The translations under genes and the position numbers were made by a program. Below are positions 44,580 through 54,400 of a stretch of 64,000 nucleotides of DNA, piece after piece. The DNA comes from Candidatus Eiseniibacteriota bacterium. Lineage in GTDB: Bacteria; Eisenbacteria; RBG-16-71-46; CAVPCR01. Under the pieces are notes generated by a model. That model did no database searches. It was not told the origin of the DNA and saw only the letters and a list, made by a program, of their open reading frames with translations. Location: assembly GCA_963702435.1 (NCBI GenBank), contig CAVPCR010000002.1:512001-576000 (forward strand), in the 5' to 3' direction. Numbering within the stretch: position 1 is the stretch's first letter; each line of letters opens with the position of its first letter.

Positions 44580-46484
44580 CTACCGGAGAATGACGAGCCG
44601 CGCCGCGGCCGCCGCCGAGCCCGCCCGCACCCGGAGGACGTAGACCCCGCTCGGGAGCGGTGCGCCCGCTTCGTCCCGGGCATCGAAACCGACACGGTGC
44701 TCGCCGGATGCGACCGCGCCCCGGACGAGCGTCCGCCGCACGCGCCCCGCCACGTCGAGCACGCTCACCTCCACCTCCCCCGCGTGCGGCATGGTGAAGC
44801 CGACCTCGCCGCCGGCGACGATCGGATTCGGGGTCGCGCGCACCGCGAGCGCGCGGACCGCCGGAGCGCCGGTGCCGGCGACGCCGGAGGCGGACTGAGT
44901 GACCACGAGCACGTTCGCGGTCCCACGCACCACGCCACCCTGATCGAGGGTCACCGTGAGCGAGATCGGGTGATCCGGCGGCGCGCTCGCCGACACGAAG
45001 AACTCGAGCGGATCGGCCTCGTTCGTGCCGGTCGCGAGCGGCGGCACCGCCGGGAAGCTCTTCTCCGGCGCCGCGATCGTGACGTAGGGATCGCTCGACG
45101 TGAGGGCCACCGTCGCATCGGTGAGCACGGCGCCGAGCCCGCGGTTCTCGACCGTGACGACCACGGGCGAGGTCGCCCCCACCGGCACCTCGGGCCCGGC
45201 GGCGGCGGCCACGAGCTCCGCGCGCGCTCCCGCCATCCACGTCCAGTAGAGGTTCGGGCGCCGGTTCAGCTCGACGAGCGGGAGGATGCGAGAGGAGGGC
45301 GGCCAGAACCCGTCGCTCGACGTCCCCACCTCCGGCAGGAACGCGAAGACCTTGTTCTTCTCGGTCTGCTCGCCGTAGCTCCAGTCGAGGGATTCGCCAT
45401 TCGCCAGGTAGCCGAGCATCTGCGCGAAGTTGCCGACCTGGAAGCCGTTCAGCGCGGCGATGTCGGCGCCGAAGCGCAGGTAGCGGCCGTAGTCCGGCTG
45501 CGGCGGAAACGCGTCGGCCCGGTAGGCGAAGGGCAGGATCTCCTTGTTGCCGTAGCCGTGATAGTGGAAGGCGGTGGTTATCGTCCGCCCCAGATGGAAG
45601 GCGCGGACGGCGGCGATCTCCGGCTCCGAGAACGCGGCCGGGCCGCGATAGGTGTCGGAGCTCGGCGTCGGGCTCGAGCCAGAGTTGTCATAGCCCCAGA
45701 GGTAGCCGTAGTTCCGGTTGAGATCGACGCCGTAGGCGCCGCCCCCGCTCACCCGCCGGTTCTTCCGCCACATCCCGCCGCCCGCCGGATTGGTCGACTG
45801 GTTGTAGACGTAGCCGTCGGGGTTCACGACCGGCACGAAGTACATCTCCCGCTCGTTCACGAGATGGGTCGCCTCGGCGTCGGTCCCGTAGTTCTCGAGC
45901 AGGTAGAACATGTAATAGAGGACGGTCTCCATGCCGATCGGCTCGCGCGCGTGGGTGAGCCCCGTGTAGAGGATGGCCGGCTCGCCCTCGTTCTGATCCG
46001 GGTGATCGGAGATCTTCGCCATCCAGATGTCGCGACCCTCGTGCGAGACTCCGAGGCTCGCCTTCGCCGTGATGAGCAGAGGATAGTCAGCCCGCATCTC
46101 GTCGAGCTTGGCCACCATCTCGCTCCAGGTGTAGTACCCGCCCATCGACCCGAGACCGAACCCCGGCGTGTCCCCCGGATCCACGTCTCCCCACAGCGCG
46201 CGCTCGGCGGCGAGCCGCGCCGCGTAGAAGCCCTCGAGATCCGCGATCTCGACCGCGTAGCGGATCCCGGCCCGCTCGAGCGCGGCCACATCCCACTCGG
46301 TCGCGGCGAACGCCACCTGATCTCCCTCGTGCGTCACGTGGTCGAGTGCGAGTCCGAGGGTCGTGAGTCCCGGCGCATCGGCCGGCACTCGCACGAGCCG
46401 GGTCACGGCGAGGGCCGGCGCGGCGGCGGCGCCGAGGACGAGAAGGGCGAGTGCCGCGGCGAGGAGACGAGACGAAGGCTGCAT
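44580..46484 (-). CDS. M14 zinc carboxypeptidase paralog with FlgD/T9SS-like C-terminal domain
   Basis: Same motifs as neighbour (THAREP, YHGY, LPEVG); signal peptide. Confidence 0.92.
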   Translation of the reverse strand: MQPSSRLLAAALALLVLGAAAAPALAVTRLVRVPADAPGLTTLGLALDHVTHEGDQVAFAATEWDVAALERAGIRYAVEIADLEGFYAARLAAERALWGDVDPGDTPGFGLGSMGGYYTWSEMVAKLDEMRADYPLLITAKASLGVSHEGRDIWMAKISDHPDQNEGEPAILYTGLTHAREPIGMETVLYYMFYLLENYGTDAEATHLVNEREMYFVPVVNPDGYVYNQSTNPAGGGMWRKNRRVSGGGAYGVDLNRNYGYLWGYDNSGSSPTPSSDTYRGPAAFSEPEIAAVRAFHLGRTITTAFHYHGYGNKEILPFAYRADAFPPQPDYGRYLRFGADIAALNGFQVGNFAQMLGYLANGESLDWSYGEQTEKNKVFAFLPEVGTSSDGFWPPSSRILPLVELNRRPNLYWTWMAGARAELVAAAAGPEVPVGATSPVVVTVENRGLGAVLTDATVALTSSDPYVTIAAPEKSFPAVPPLATGTNEADPLEFFVSASAPPDHPISLTVTLDQGGVVRGTANVLVVTQSASGVAGTGAPAVRALAVRATPNPIVAGGEVGFTMPHAGEVEVSVLDVAGRVRRTLVRGAVASGEHRVGFDARDEAGAPLPSGVYVLRVRAGSAAAAARLVILR

Positions 46485-46772
46485 GGAACCCTCCATCCAC
46501 AGGCGGGCGTGGGGCGCGGGCCCGGTCGTCACAAGTGACGCCAGGATCGCCAATTAGTTTGACGGACCGGGGGGGCGGCCGTCAATCGGGCCGGCCGCTC
46601 CCCGGCCGGCCCGAGGCAGGAGGGTGGCGGGGACCACCGCTGCGCGCCGCCACTGCGCTCGAGGCCGCGCTCCGTTGACCCGGTGCCGGGGCGCGGGCAT
46701 GATCGTCGCCTTTGCCGGCGCGGCTTCCGCCCCGGCTGGACGCCACCCCCGACGCCAAGAAGCCAAGACCCC

Positions 46773-48437
46773 ATGATTGCTCTCAAGATCATCCCTCTCG
46801 ACGGTGCGCCGCGCGAGGAGCAGTTCCGCTCCGAGCACATCCGGATCGGGCGGAGCCCGGAGAACGACCTGACCATTCACGACCAGTCGGTGTCCCGCCT
46901 GCACGCCGGCATCGAGCACAAGGGCGGGAGCTTCATCATCTCCGACCTCGGCAGCCGCAACGGCGTCGTCGTGAACGGCGTGCGCATCCAGGGCCCGATG
47001 AGGATCGGGCCGGACGACGAGATCCGGCTCGGCGACGTCACGCTCCGCCTCGTCGCCCCGGGGCCCGATGTCACGCTCGCCGAGCCGTTCAGCGGCAAGG
47101 TGGACACGACCGTGCTCGCCCACGAGGCGGCAGGCAAGCTGAGCACCACGTCGTTCATCCCCCTCGATCAGATCACCGGCGAGGCCGAGCACCCGGCCGC
47201 CGCCTCGCTCATCCAGTTCCTGCAGGAGATCACGGAGGCCGTGCTCGCCGCGCGCCCGCTCGAGGAGGTGCTCGAGGAAATCGTGCGCCAGCTCCTCAAG
47301 GTACTGCCCGAGGCGGATCGCGCCTGCCTCCTCCTCCTCGAGGGCGACCCGCCGGAGCTCAAGCCGCGCGTCGCCCGCCAGCGCTCGGGGCGCGAGGCGC
47401 GGATGACCGTGAGCAAGACCATCGTCCGCCGCGTGGTCACCACCCTCGACTCGGTGCTCTCGGCCAACGCCCAGGAGGACGGCCGCTTCGTCGGCACCGA
47501 GAGCCTGGTCATCCAGGGCACGTTCTCGGTGATGTGCGCGCCGCTGGTCCTCGAGGGCAAGGCGATCGGCGCCCTCTACGTGGACACGCTGTCGCCGTTC
47601 AAGCACTTCGACCGCGAGCAGCTCACCCTGTTCGCGACGCTCGGCAACATCGCCGCCGGACACATCCAGCGCCACCACCTGCAGCAGACCGTCATCGAGC
47701 AGATGGCGCTCAAGAAGCAGCTCGATGCGGCGGCCGGCATCCAGCGCCGCCTCCTCGCCGCGCCGCCGCCCGAGCGCCGCGGTTACTCCCTCTACGGCAC
47801 CAACCGGCAGTGCCTGGATGTCGGCGGTGACTACTTCGACTTCATCGACTGCGGGGAGGGCGGCATCGTGTTCGCGATCGGCGACGTGAGCGGCAAGGGC
47901 CTGCCTGCGGCGCTCCTCATGGTGCTCGTCCAGGCGACCCTGCGCGCCGAGGTGCGCGCCGGCCGGGACCCGCTCACGATCGGCCGGCTCGTGAACAACG
48001 TGATCCACAGCCAGACCGATCCCGAGCGGTTCGTGACCCTGTTCATCGGCCATCTCGACCCGGCGAGCGGGCGGCTCACCTACACGAGCGCCGGGCACGA
48101 CCCCGCGCTCATCCTGCGCCGCGGGAGCGATACCTGCGAGGAGCTTCCGTCCACCGGGTGTCCCGCCGGGATCATGCCCAACGCACCGCTCGAGTCGGCG
48201 ACCGTCGAGCTCGGCGCCGGCGACCTCTTCTTCGCCTACACGGACGGGATCCGCGAGGCGCAGGCTCCCGACGAGAGCGAGTTCGGGATCGAGCGGCTGG
48301 GAGCGACCTTGGCCGCCCATCGCCGGCTCGGGCCGGACGACCTCGCGCGCGAGATCGAGGCCGCCGTGCGCACCTTCCTCGCCGGGGGCGAGCCGCAGGA
48401 CGACATGACGCAGCTCATCGTGCGCCGCGAGGCGTGA
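46773..48437 (+). CDS. FHA-GAF-SpoIIE (PP2C) serine phosphatase
   Basis: IGR/SRLH/SRNG FHA motifs; GGDYFD, DVSGKG, YTDG, DDMT PP2C motifs. Confidence 0.92.
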   Translation: MIALKIIPLDGAPREEQFRSEHIRIGRSPENDLTIHDQSVSRLHAGIEHKGGSFIISDLGSRNGVVVNGVRIQGPMRIGPDDEIRLGDVTLRLVAPGPDVTLAEPFSGKVDTTVLAHEAAGKLSTTSFIPLDQITGEAEHPAAASLIQFLQEITEAVLAARPLEEVLEEIVRQLLKVLPEADRACLLLLEGDPPELKPRVARQRSGREARMTVSKTIVRRVVTTLDSVLSANAQEDGRFVGTESLVIQGTFSVMCAPLVLEGKAIGALYVDTLSPFKHFDREQLTLFATLGNIAAGHIQRHHLQQTVIEQMALKKQLDAAAGIQRRLLAAPPPERRGYSLYGTNRQCLDVGGDYFDFIDCGEGGIVFAIGDVSGKGLPAALLMVLVQATLRAEVRAGRDPLTIGRLVNNVIHSQTDPERFVTLFIGHLDPASGRLTYTSAGHDPALILRRGSDTCEELPSTGCPAGIMPNAPLESATVELGAGDLFFAYTDGIREAQAPDESEFGIERLGATLAAHRRLGPDDLAREIEAAVRTFLAGGEPQDDMTQLIVRREA

Positions 48438-48602
48438 GCGCCGGCGCCGACCGTGAAATCGGGCGACCCTGGATCGGCCACGGCTACGGCGGTCGACGGT
48501 CCTTGTGAAGCGGTCCACCGACTTCAGCGCGCCCTTCGGGCCGCGATTCAGCCTGTCGGCTCCGCAGGAAACGGATCGGCGCGGGCGCACGTGGGCTGTT
48601 GC

Positions 48603-48760
48603 TGTCAACGCGACCCGCAGTGACCACTGCAGTGCACAGTGTCCGGACGATGCGCGGTCCAGATCACGCGGCTTCGCGGTGGATGCCATGCGCCGGGCCC
48701 GCGTGAACTTCCCGCGGCGTCCGCCCGCCCAGGGCCTGGCTCGGTTCCGCCGGGACGGGG
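48603..48760 (-). mobile_element. IS3/IS481-like remnant: integrase C-terminus and terminal repeat
   Basis: PSQALGGRTPREVH...REAA* followed by a segment ending TTGACA (TG..CA end). Confidence 0.5.
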
Positions 48761-48855
48761 CGCCGAGAATCCCTGGACCAACACAGAGAGGGGAGGCAGT
48801 CGCACGAGTGCGCCTTACTACGAGGTGCGAGCATAGTGCCGGCGTGCGCGGACTC

Positions 48856-48922
48856 ACCGATCTCGGCGTCGGTTACGTAGGCCACCACCCTGAGCGGCCC
48901 TCCGCAGCGTCGGCAGACGAGC
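48856..48922 (-). mobile_element. IS91-like transposase C-terminal fragment
   Basis: LVCRRCGGPLRVVAYVTDAEI resembles the IS91-family C-terminal CxxCGG.MR..A.ITD motif. Confidence 0.5.
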
Positions 48923-49045
48923 GTTCAGGACGTGGACGTCCGCGGCCGTCCCGGGCCTCCCCTGCTCTGCCACGACCAGGAGCTCGTGCTTCACGCCCAG
49001 CTTGTCGGCGAGACCCCGAGGTTTCGTCTACGCCATCGGCATCTT
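48923..49045 (-). mobile_element. possible IS1595-like transposase fragment
   Basis: Degenerate DG...RGLADKLGVKHEL...DVHVLN segment with stop and frameshift. Confidence 0.35.
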
Positions 49046-49071
49046 GACCGCGCCCTCCCGGCGGGTATCAT
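49044..49071 (+). promoter_or_regulatory. sigma70-type promoter for DUF485-actP operon
   Basis: TTGACC-16nt-TATCAT. Confidence 0.5.
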
Positions 49072-49153
49072 GCGCCGAGTCGACGCCTTCGTCCCGACGC
49101 CGCGAGCCCCGCGGCGTCGGGTGATCGCGGCCTGTCCCGAGACGGAGACCTCC

Positions 49154-49447
49154 ATGTTCCACGAGCCCGCGGGGCAGGCCGCCGCGGACCCCGCCTCCTC
49201 CTACAAGACCAGCCTCGGCAGCCGGATGTTCGTCCTCTACGCCCTCGTCTACGCCGGCTTCGTCGCGATCAACGTCGGCGCGCCGGTAGTGATGGAGCGG
49301 GAGGTCGCCTGGGGCCTGAACCTCGCCACCGCGTACGGCATGTTCCTCATCGTCTTCGCCCTCCTGCTCGCTCTTGTTTACAACGCTCGGTGCTCCCGCA
49401 AGGAGCGCGAGCTGGCCGGCGGCGCGCCGCGCGAGGGGAGGGGCTAG
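49154..49447 (+). CDS. DUF485 (YjcH-like) small membrane protein
   Basis: Two TMs, F..Y..VYAGFV and GLNLA..YG motifs; immediately upstream of actP. Confidence 0.88.
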   Translation: MFHEPAGQAAADPASSYKTSLGSRMFVLYALVYAGFVAINVGAPVVMEREVAWGLNLATAYGMFLIVFALLLALVYNARCSRKERELAGGAPREGRG

Positions 49448-49449
49448 AC

Positions 49450-51345
49450 ATGGCTGTCGCGATCTTCCTCGCCTTCGTCGGGCTGGTGCTGGGCCTGTCC
49501 TTCTACTTCGGGGCGAAGACCCGCTCCGCCTCCGGCTACTACGCCGCGGGCGGGCAGATCCACTGGGGCGTCAACGGGATCGCCTTTGCCGGCGACTACC
49601 TCTCCGCCGCGTCCTTCCTCGGCATCTGCGGCATGATCGCCACCACGGGCTACGACGGGTTCCTCTACTCCATCGGGTTCCTCGCGGGGTGGATCGTCGC
49701 CCTCTTCGTGGTGGCCGAGCCCATGAAGCGCCTGGGCAAGTACACATTCACCGACGCGGTGGACGCCAAGTTCGACAGCCGGGCGATCAAGCTCATGGCG
49801 GCGATCAGCACCCTGATCGTGTCGCTGTGCTACCTGGTGCCGCAGATGGTGGGGGCCGGCGTCCTCGTCGAGCCGCTGCTCGGCCTCCCCCACGCCGCCG
49901 GCGTCGTCCTGGTCGGGGCGGTGGTCATCGTCATCGTGGCCACCGCCGGCATGACCTCCACGACCTACGTGCAGTTCTTGAAGGGCGGGATGCTCATCGT
50001 CTTCTCGCTGGTGTTGACCGTCGCCGTCCTCTGGCGCGGCCTGTCCACCGAGCCCGACCAGGGGGGGCGCGTGCCGTTCCGGCCCCTCGCCGCCCTCGCC
50101 GCCGAGCGGGTGGACGGCGGCCTCGCCCCCGTCGACGGGACCTTCACGGTCGAGGAGACGCTGACAGCCGGCGAGCGGACCTTCGTCAGGCTGAGCCGGG
50201 AGGGCGAGGTGTCGTGGTGGGTCGGCGCCAGCCGGGACGGCCGGCCCGTCCTCGAGGAGTGCCAGTGGGAGTCGCGGCGGCCCGGCGAGGTCGCCGTGGT
50301 CAACGGCGAGCGGGGCGGCCGACTCCGTCAGGTGGGCAACCTCGTCCGGATCGAGGGCCGCACCGGTCCCGAGGCCGCCACCGGCCCCCTGGGGCCGTTC
50401 CGCTTCCTTACAGCGATCGGCTCGCCCGACACGGACGTTCTCCAGTGGCGGAAGACCCGGGTCAAGGATGCCTCCGGGGCCGAGGTCACCCTCCACCACA
50501 CCACCACGACCCCCGGCAACAAGATCCTGCGCCCGGGCACGAAGTTCAAACTCGAGGGCACCTTGCTCGAGCGGGTCGACTTCGTGAGCCTCATGCTGGC
50601 GCTGTTCCTCGGCACCGCGGCGCTGCCCCACATTCTCATCCGCTACTACACGGTCCCGAGCCCCGCCGCCGCCCGCAAGTCGACGATCGTGGCGATCGCC
50701 GGCATCGGCTTCTTCTACATCCTGACCCTCTACATGGGCCTCGGCGCGATGGTCAGCGGCGTCATCAACCCCCTCGACAACAACATGTCGGCTCCGCTGC
50801 TCGCCCGTTCCTTCGGCACCTTACTCTTCGCGGTCATCTCGGCCATCGCCTTCGCCACGGTCCTCGGCACGGTCGCGGGGCTGATCGTGGCCGCCTCCGG
50901 CGCGGTGGCCCACGACCTCATGGACCGCTTCGGCCGCATCGCGATGGACGAGAAGCAGAAGGTGCGGGCCGGCCGCGTGGCAGCCTTCGCCGTCGGGATC
51001 ATCGCCATCGTGCTCGGGATCCTCTTCAAGGGGCAGAACGTCAGCTTCCTCGTCGGCCTGGCCTTCGCGGTGGCGGCCAGCGCCAACCTGCCCGCCGTGG
51101 TGATGCTCTTGTTCTGGAAGCGCACGACGTCCCGTGGCATCGCGGCCTCGATCGGGGTCGGAGTCGTGAGTTCGCTCGCCCTGATCGCGTTCTCGCCGAG
51201 CCTGTACGGGCAGTACGGTCTCGATCCCAAGGCGGCACCGGTCCCGTTCGACAACCCCGGGATCATCTCCATCCCGCTGAGCTTCCTGGCCCTGGTGGTC
51301 GTCTCGCTCGCCACCCGGCCCCGGAAGGCCACCGTGCCGGCCTGA
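49450..51345 (+). CDS. actP: cation/acetate symporter (SSS family)
   Basis: NGIAFAGDYLSAASFLGI, YLVPQMVGAG, GTAALPHILIRYYTVP, AFATVLGTVAGL, AASANLP motifs. Confidence 0.92.
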   Translation: MAVAIFLAFVGLVLGLSFYFGAKTRSASGYYAAGGQIHWGVNGIAFAGDYLSAASFLGICGMIATTGYDGFLYSIGFLAGWIVALFVVAEPMKRLGKYTFTDAVDAKFDSRAIKLMAAISTLIVSLCYLVPQMVGAGVLVEPLLGLPHAAGVVLVGAVVIVIVATAGMTSTTYVQFLKGGMLIVFSLVLTVAVLWRGLSTEPDQGGRVPFRPLAALAAERVDGGLAPVDGTFTVEETLTAGERTFVRLSREGEVSWWVGASRDGRPVLEECQWESRRPGEVAVVNGERGGRLRQVGNLVRIEGRTGPEAATGPLGPFRFLTAIGSPDTDVLQWRKTRVKDASGAEVTLHHTTTTPGNKILRPGTKFKLEGTLLERVDFVSLMLALFLGTAALPHILIRYYTVPSPAAARKSTIVAIAGIGFFYILTLYMGLGAMVSGVINPLDNNMSAPLLARSFGTLLFAVISAIAFATVLGTVAGLIVAASGAVAHDLMDRFGRIAMDEKQKVRAGRVAAFAVGIIAIVLGILFKGQNVSFLVGLAFAVAASANLPAVVMLLFWKRTTSRGIAASIGVGVVSSLALIAFSPSLYGQYGLDPKAAPVPFDNPGIISIPLSFLALVVVSLATRPRKATVPA

Positions 51346-51361
51346 GCACGACCCGGCGGTG

Positions 51362-51407
51362 GCGACCGGGAGAGCGACCGGGAGAGCGGCGGGGTGCGAC
51401 CGGGAGA
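51362..51407 (+). repeat. GCGACCGGGAGA x3 intergenic direct repeat
   Basis: Copies at 51362, 51374 and 51396. Confidence 0.8.
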
Positions 51408-51438
51408 ACGGCGGGGGACGCGGCAGGGAGGGGAGAGC

Positions 51439-54400
51439 ATGGAGGCGGTGAAGGTCAACCTGCACTGCCACTCGAGCCTGAGCGACGGCGAGCTATCCCC
51501 GGAGGCCCTGGCCGACCTGCTCGCGCGCTCCGGGGTGACGGTCGCCGCGCTCACCGACCACGACACGATAGAGGGCCTCCTGCGGTTCCGGGAGGCCCTC
51601 GAGGGAACCCCGGTGCGTCCCATTGCCGGCGTCGAGCTGACCGCCGGCGACGACGGCCCGGTCCACCTCCTGGCCTACGGGTTCGATCCCGAGGCGCCGG
51701 CCCTCGCCGAGGCTCTCTCACGCGCCCGCCAATCGCCGGACGGCGGCGGCCTGCCGGTTGCGGAGGCGATCGCTCTTGTCCACCGGGCCGGCGGGCGGGT
51801 CTTCCTCGCCCACCCGTTCGTCTACGCGAACGACGCGGCCGGGCTCGAGGCCCGTCTCGCGCGCTATCGGGAGTGGGGGCTCGACGGGATCGAGGCGATC
51901 TACTCCGCGTATCCGGTCGAGCGGATCCGGGAACTGCGGGAGCTGGCTCGCCGGCTCGGCCTGGCCACGAGCGCCGGCTGCGACTTCCACGCCCCCGGCA
52001 CCCCGGGGCTCTCCGACACGGGCGTGTCCTTTCCCGCGGAGGACTGGCGGGCCTTCCGGGATCTCGTGATCGGCTCCTCCCCGCCCCGGTCCCGGAACGC
52101 TCCTCCGGCGCCACCATCCCGCCGCGAGGGCGTGAGGCTCGACTGGCGCAGCGTCGTGCTGCGGATCCTCTTGCCCACCGCGCTCGCGATCGGCCTGCTC
52201 GTGGGGCCGCTCTTCCTCTACCTCATCCCGGCCTTCGAGGGGGCGCTGCTGGCACGAAAGCAGGAGATGATCCGCGAGCTGGCCCGCTCCGCGGCGAGCA
52301 TCCTGCAGGAGTACTACGAGGAGGAGCGCTCGGGGCAGCTCTCCCGCGAGGAGGCCCAGACCGCGGCCGCCGCGCGCATTCGCCTCCTGCGCTACGGCCC
52401 GGAGGGAAAGGACTACTTCTGGGTCACGGACCGCCACCCGCGCATGGTCGTCCATCCCTACCGTCCCGACCTCGACGGCCAGGACCTGACCGACTATCGC
52501 GACCCCGAGGGCAACCGCGTCTTCGTCGAGGCGGCGCGGCTCGTCGCCGAGAGCCGCGACGGCTACCTCGAGTACGTCTGGCAGCGGCAGGACGACGATC
52601 GCCGCCTCGAGCCCAAGCAGTCCTACGTCCTGGGCTTCGAGCCCTGGGGGTGGATCATCGGAACGGGCCTGTACCTCGAGGACGTCCGCGCCGAGATCCA
52701 CGCCGTCACCTGGCGGGTCGTCCGCGTCACGCTCGTCCTCGCCCTCGCGATCGCCCTGCTCCTGCTCTTCGTAGCCGTGCAGGGCGTCCGCCTCGAGCGC
52801 CAGCGCTCCCGGGCCGAGGAGGCGCTGCACGAATCCCACGAGCGCTATCGAACGCTGGTGGAGGCGTCCCGGGAGGGGACCGCGCTCGTCCTCGACGGAC
52901 GTTTCACCTGCGCCAACCAGACGTTCCTCGACCTCACCGGGTGCACGGAGGAGCAGCTCTCGTTCATGGAGGTCGGGGAGCTCTTCGCGCTGCCGGGGGG
53001 CGGCTCGACGCAGGCCCTGCTCGAGAGCGCCGCGCGGGAGATGGGCACGCCCGCGGAGCCCATGGAGGCGGTCGTCCTCTCCCGCGGGGGCGGCCGTGAG
53101 GACGTGCTGCTGGGTATCGAGCCCGTTCGCCTCGGGGACCGCCACGGCGTCTCGCTCGTGGTCCGGGATCTCGGCGGCCACAAGGAGGTGCAGGCGGCCC
53201 TCGCCGAGAGCCAGGCCCGGTTCCGGGCGGTGGCGGAGAACCTCCGCGTGGGCGTCATCCGGGCCGCCTTCGGGGACGGCTTCCCCCTGCTCGAGGCGAA
53301 CTCCGCGGCCCGCCGCTTGTTCGGGCTCGATGACGAGACGGAGCTGCCGAGCCTCGCCCGGGTGCTGGACGGAGAGGGGGAGCTCGAGGCGGTCGAGAGA
53401 GAACTCGTCGAGCGGGGGGAGGTGCGGGACCGCGTACTCGTGCTCGTCGGGGGCCGCCCGGTCAGCCTCACCGCCACCCTGGTCCGCGACGAGGACGGGC
53501 GCCCGAGGTTCTGCGACGCCGTCGTCGAAGACGTGACCCTGCGCCAGCGGGAGATCCGGGAGCAGGAGGCGCTCATCGCCGATCTGCAGTCGGCCCAGCT
53601 CTCGCTCGGCCGCCCGGCGGAGCGCTTCGTGCGGGAGCCGGTCTTCGCCGCGCCTAATACCTCCGTGGCCGACGCCGCCCGACTCATGGCGCGCCGCGGC
53701 ACCGACACGCTGTTCGTCCGGGGCGCGGAAGGGGAGGCGCTGGGCGTGGTCACCGACCAAGACCTGCGGGAGAGGGTCCTCGCCCGCGGGCTCGATCCGG
53801 GGAGGCCGGTGCACGAGGTGATGAGCGCGCCCGTCATCGCGGTGTCAGCCGCCGCACCGGGCCACGAGGCGGTGGCCCTCATGCAGGAGCGCGACGTCAA
53901 GCGCCTGGCCGTCCGGGACGCGGCCGGCGTGGTGGTCGGGGTGTTGCGCTTCGAGGATCTCCTCAGGGCAGACCATCTGCCGCTCGCCACGCTGGCACGA
54001 GACATCGGGGACGCCCGCCTGCCCGTGGAGGTCGCCGACCTCCGGGCGCGACTCCCGGCCGTGGTGCACGCCCTCGTCGACAGCGGGGCGCGGCCGCGGT
54101 ACGTCTGTCGGGCCATCGCCACCGTGACGGATGCCGCCACGCAACGGCTCGTCGACCTCGCCGCGGCGCAGCTCGGTCCGCCCCCGGCCCCGTGGGCCTA
54201 CCTCGCCCTGGGCAGCCAGGGCCGCGAGGAGCAGACGCTCCTCGCCGACCAGGACAGCGCCATCGTGTTCGAGACGCTCCCCGGCACCGACACGGAGCCG
54301 CTGCGGCAGCACTTCCTCGCGCTGGGCGGGCTCGTCGCCGGCTGGCTGGAGCAGGCCGGCTACCCTCCCTGCAAGGGAGGGCTGATGGCCAGCCAGCCTG

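Noticed and set aside
51362..51407. CRISPR-like array; the 15-bp (rsmE) and 24-bp (desaturase) repeats were also considered
   Set aside because: Units are short, lack unique spacers or are in-frame coding repeats; no cas genes in the window
49374..53099. 1241-aa Arg/Pro-rich ORF overlapping actP and the receptor gene
   Set aside because: Alternative-frame artefact with low-complexity composition
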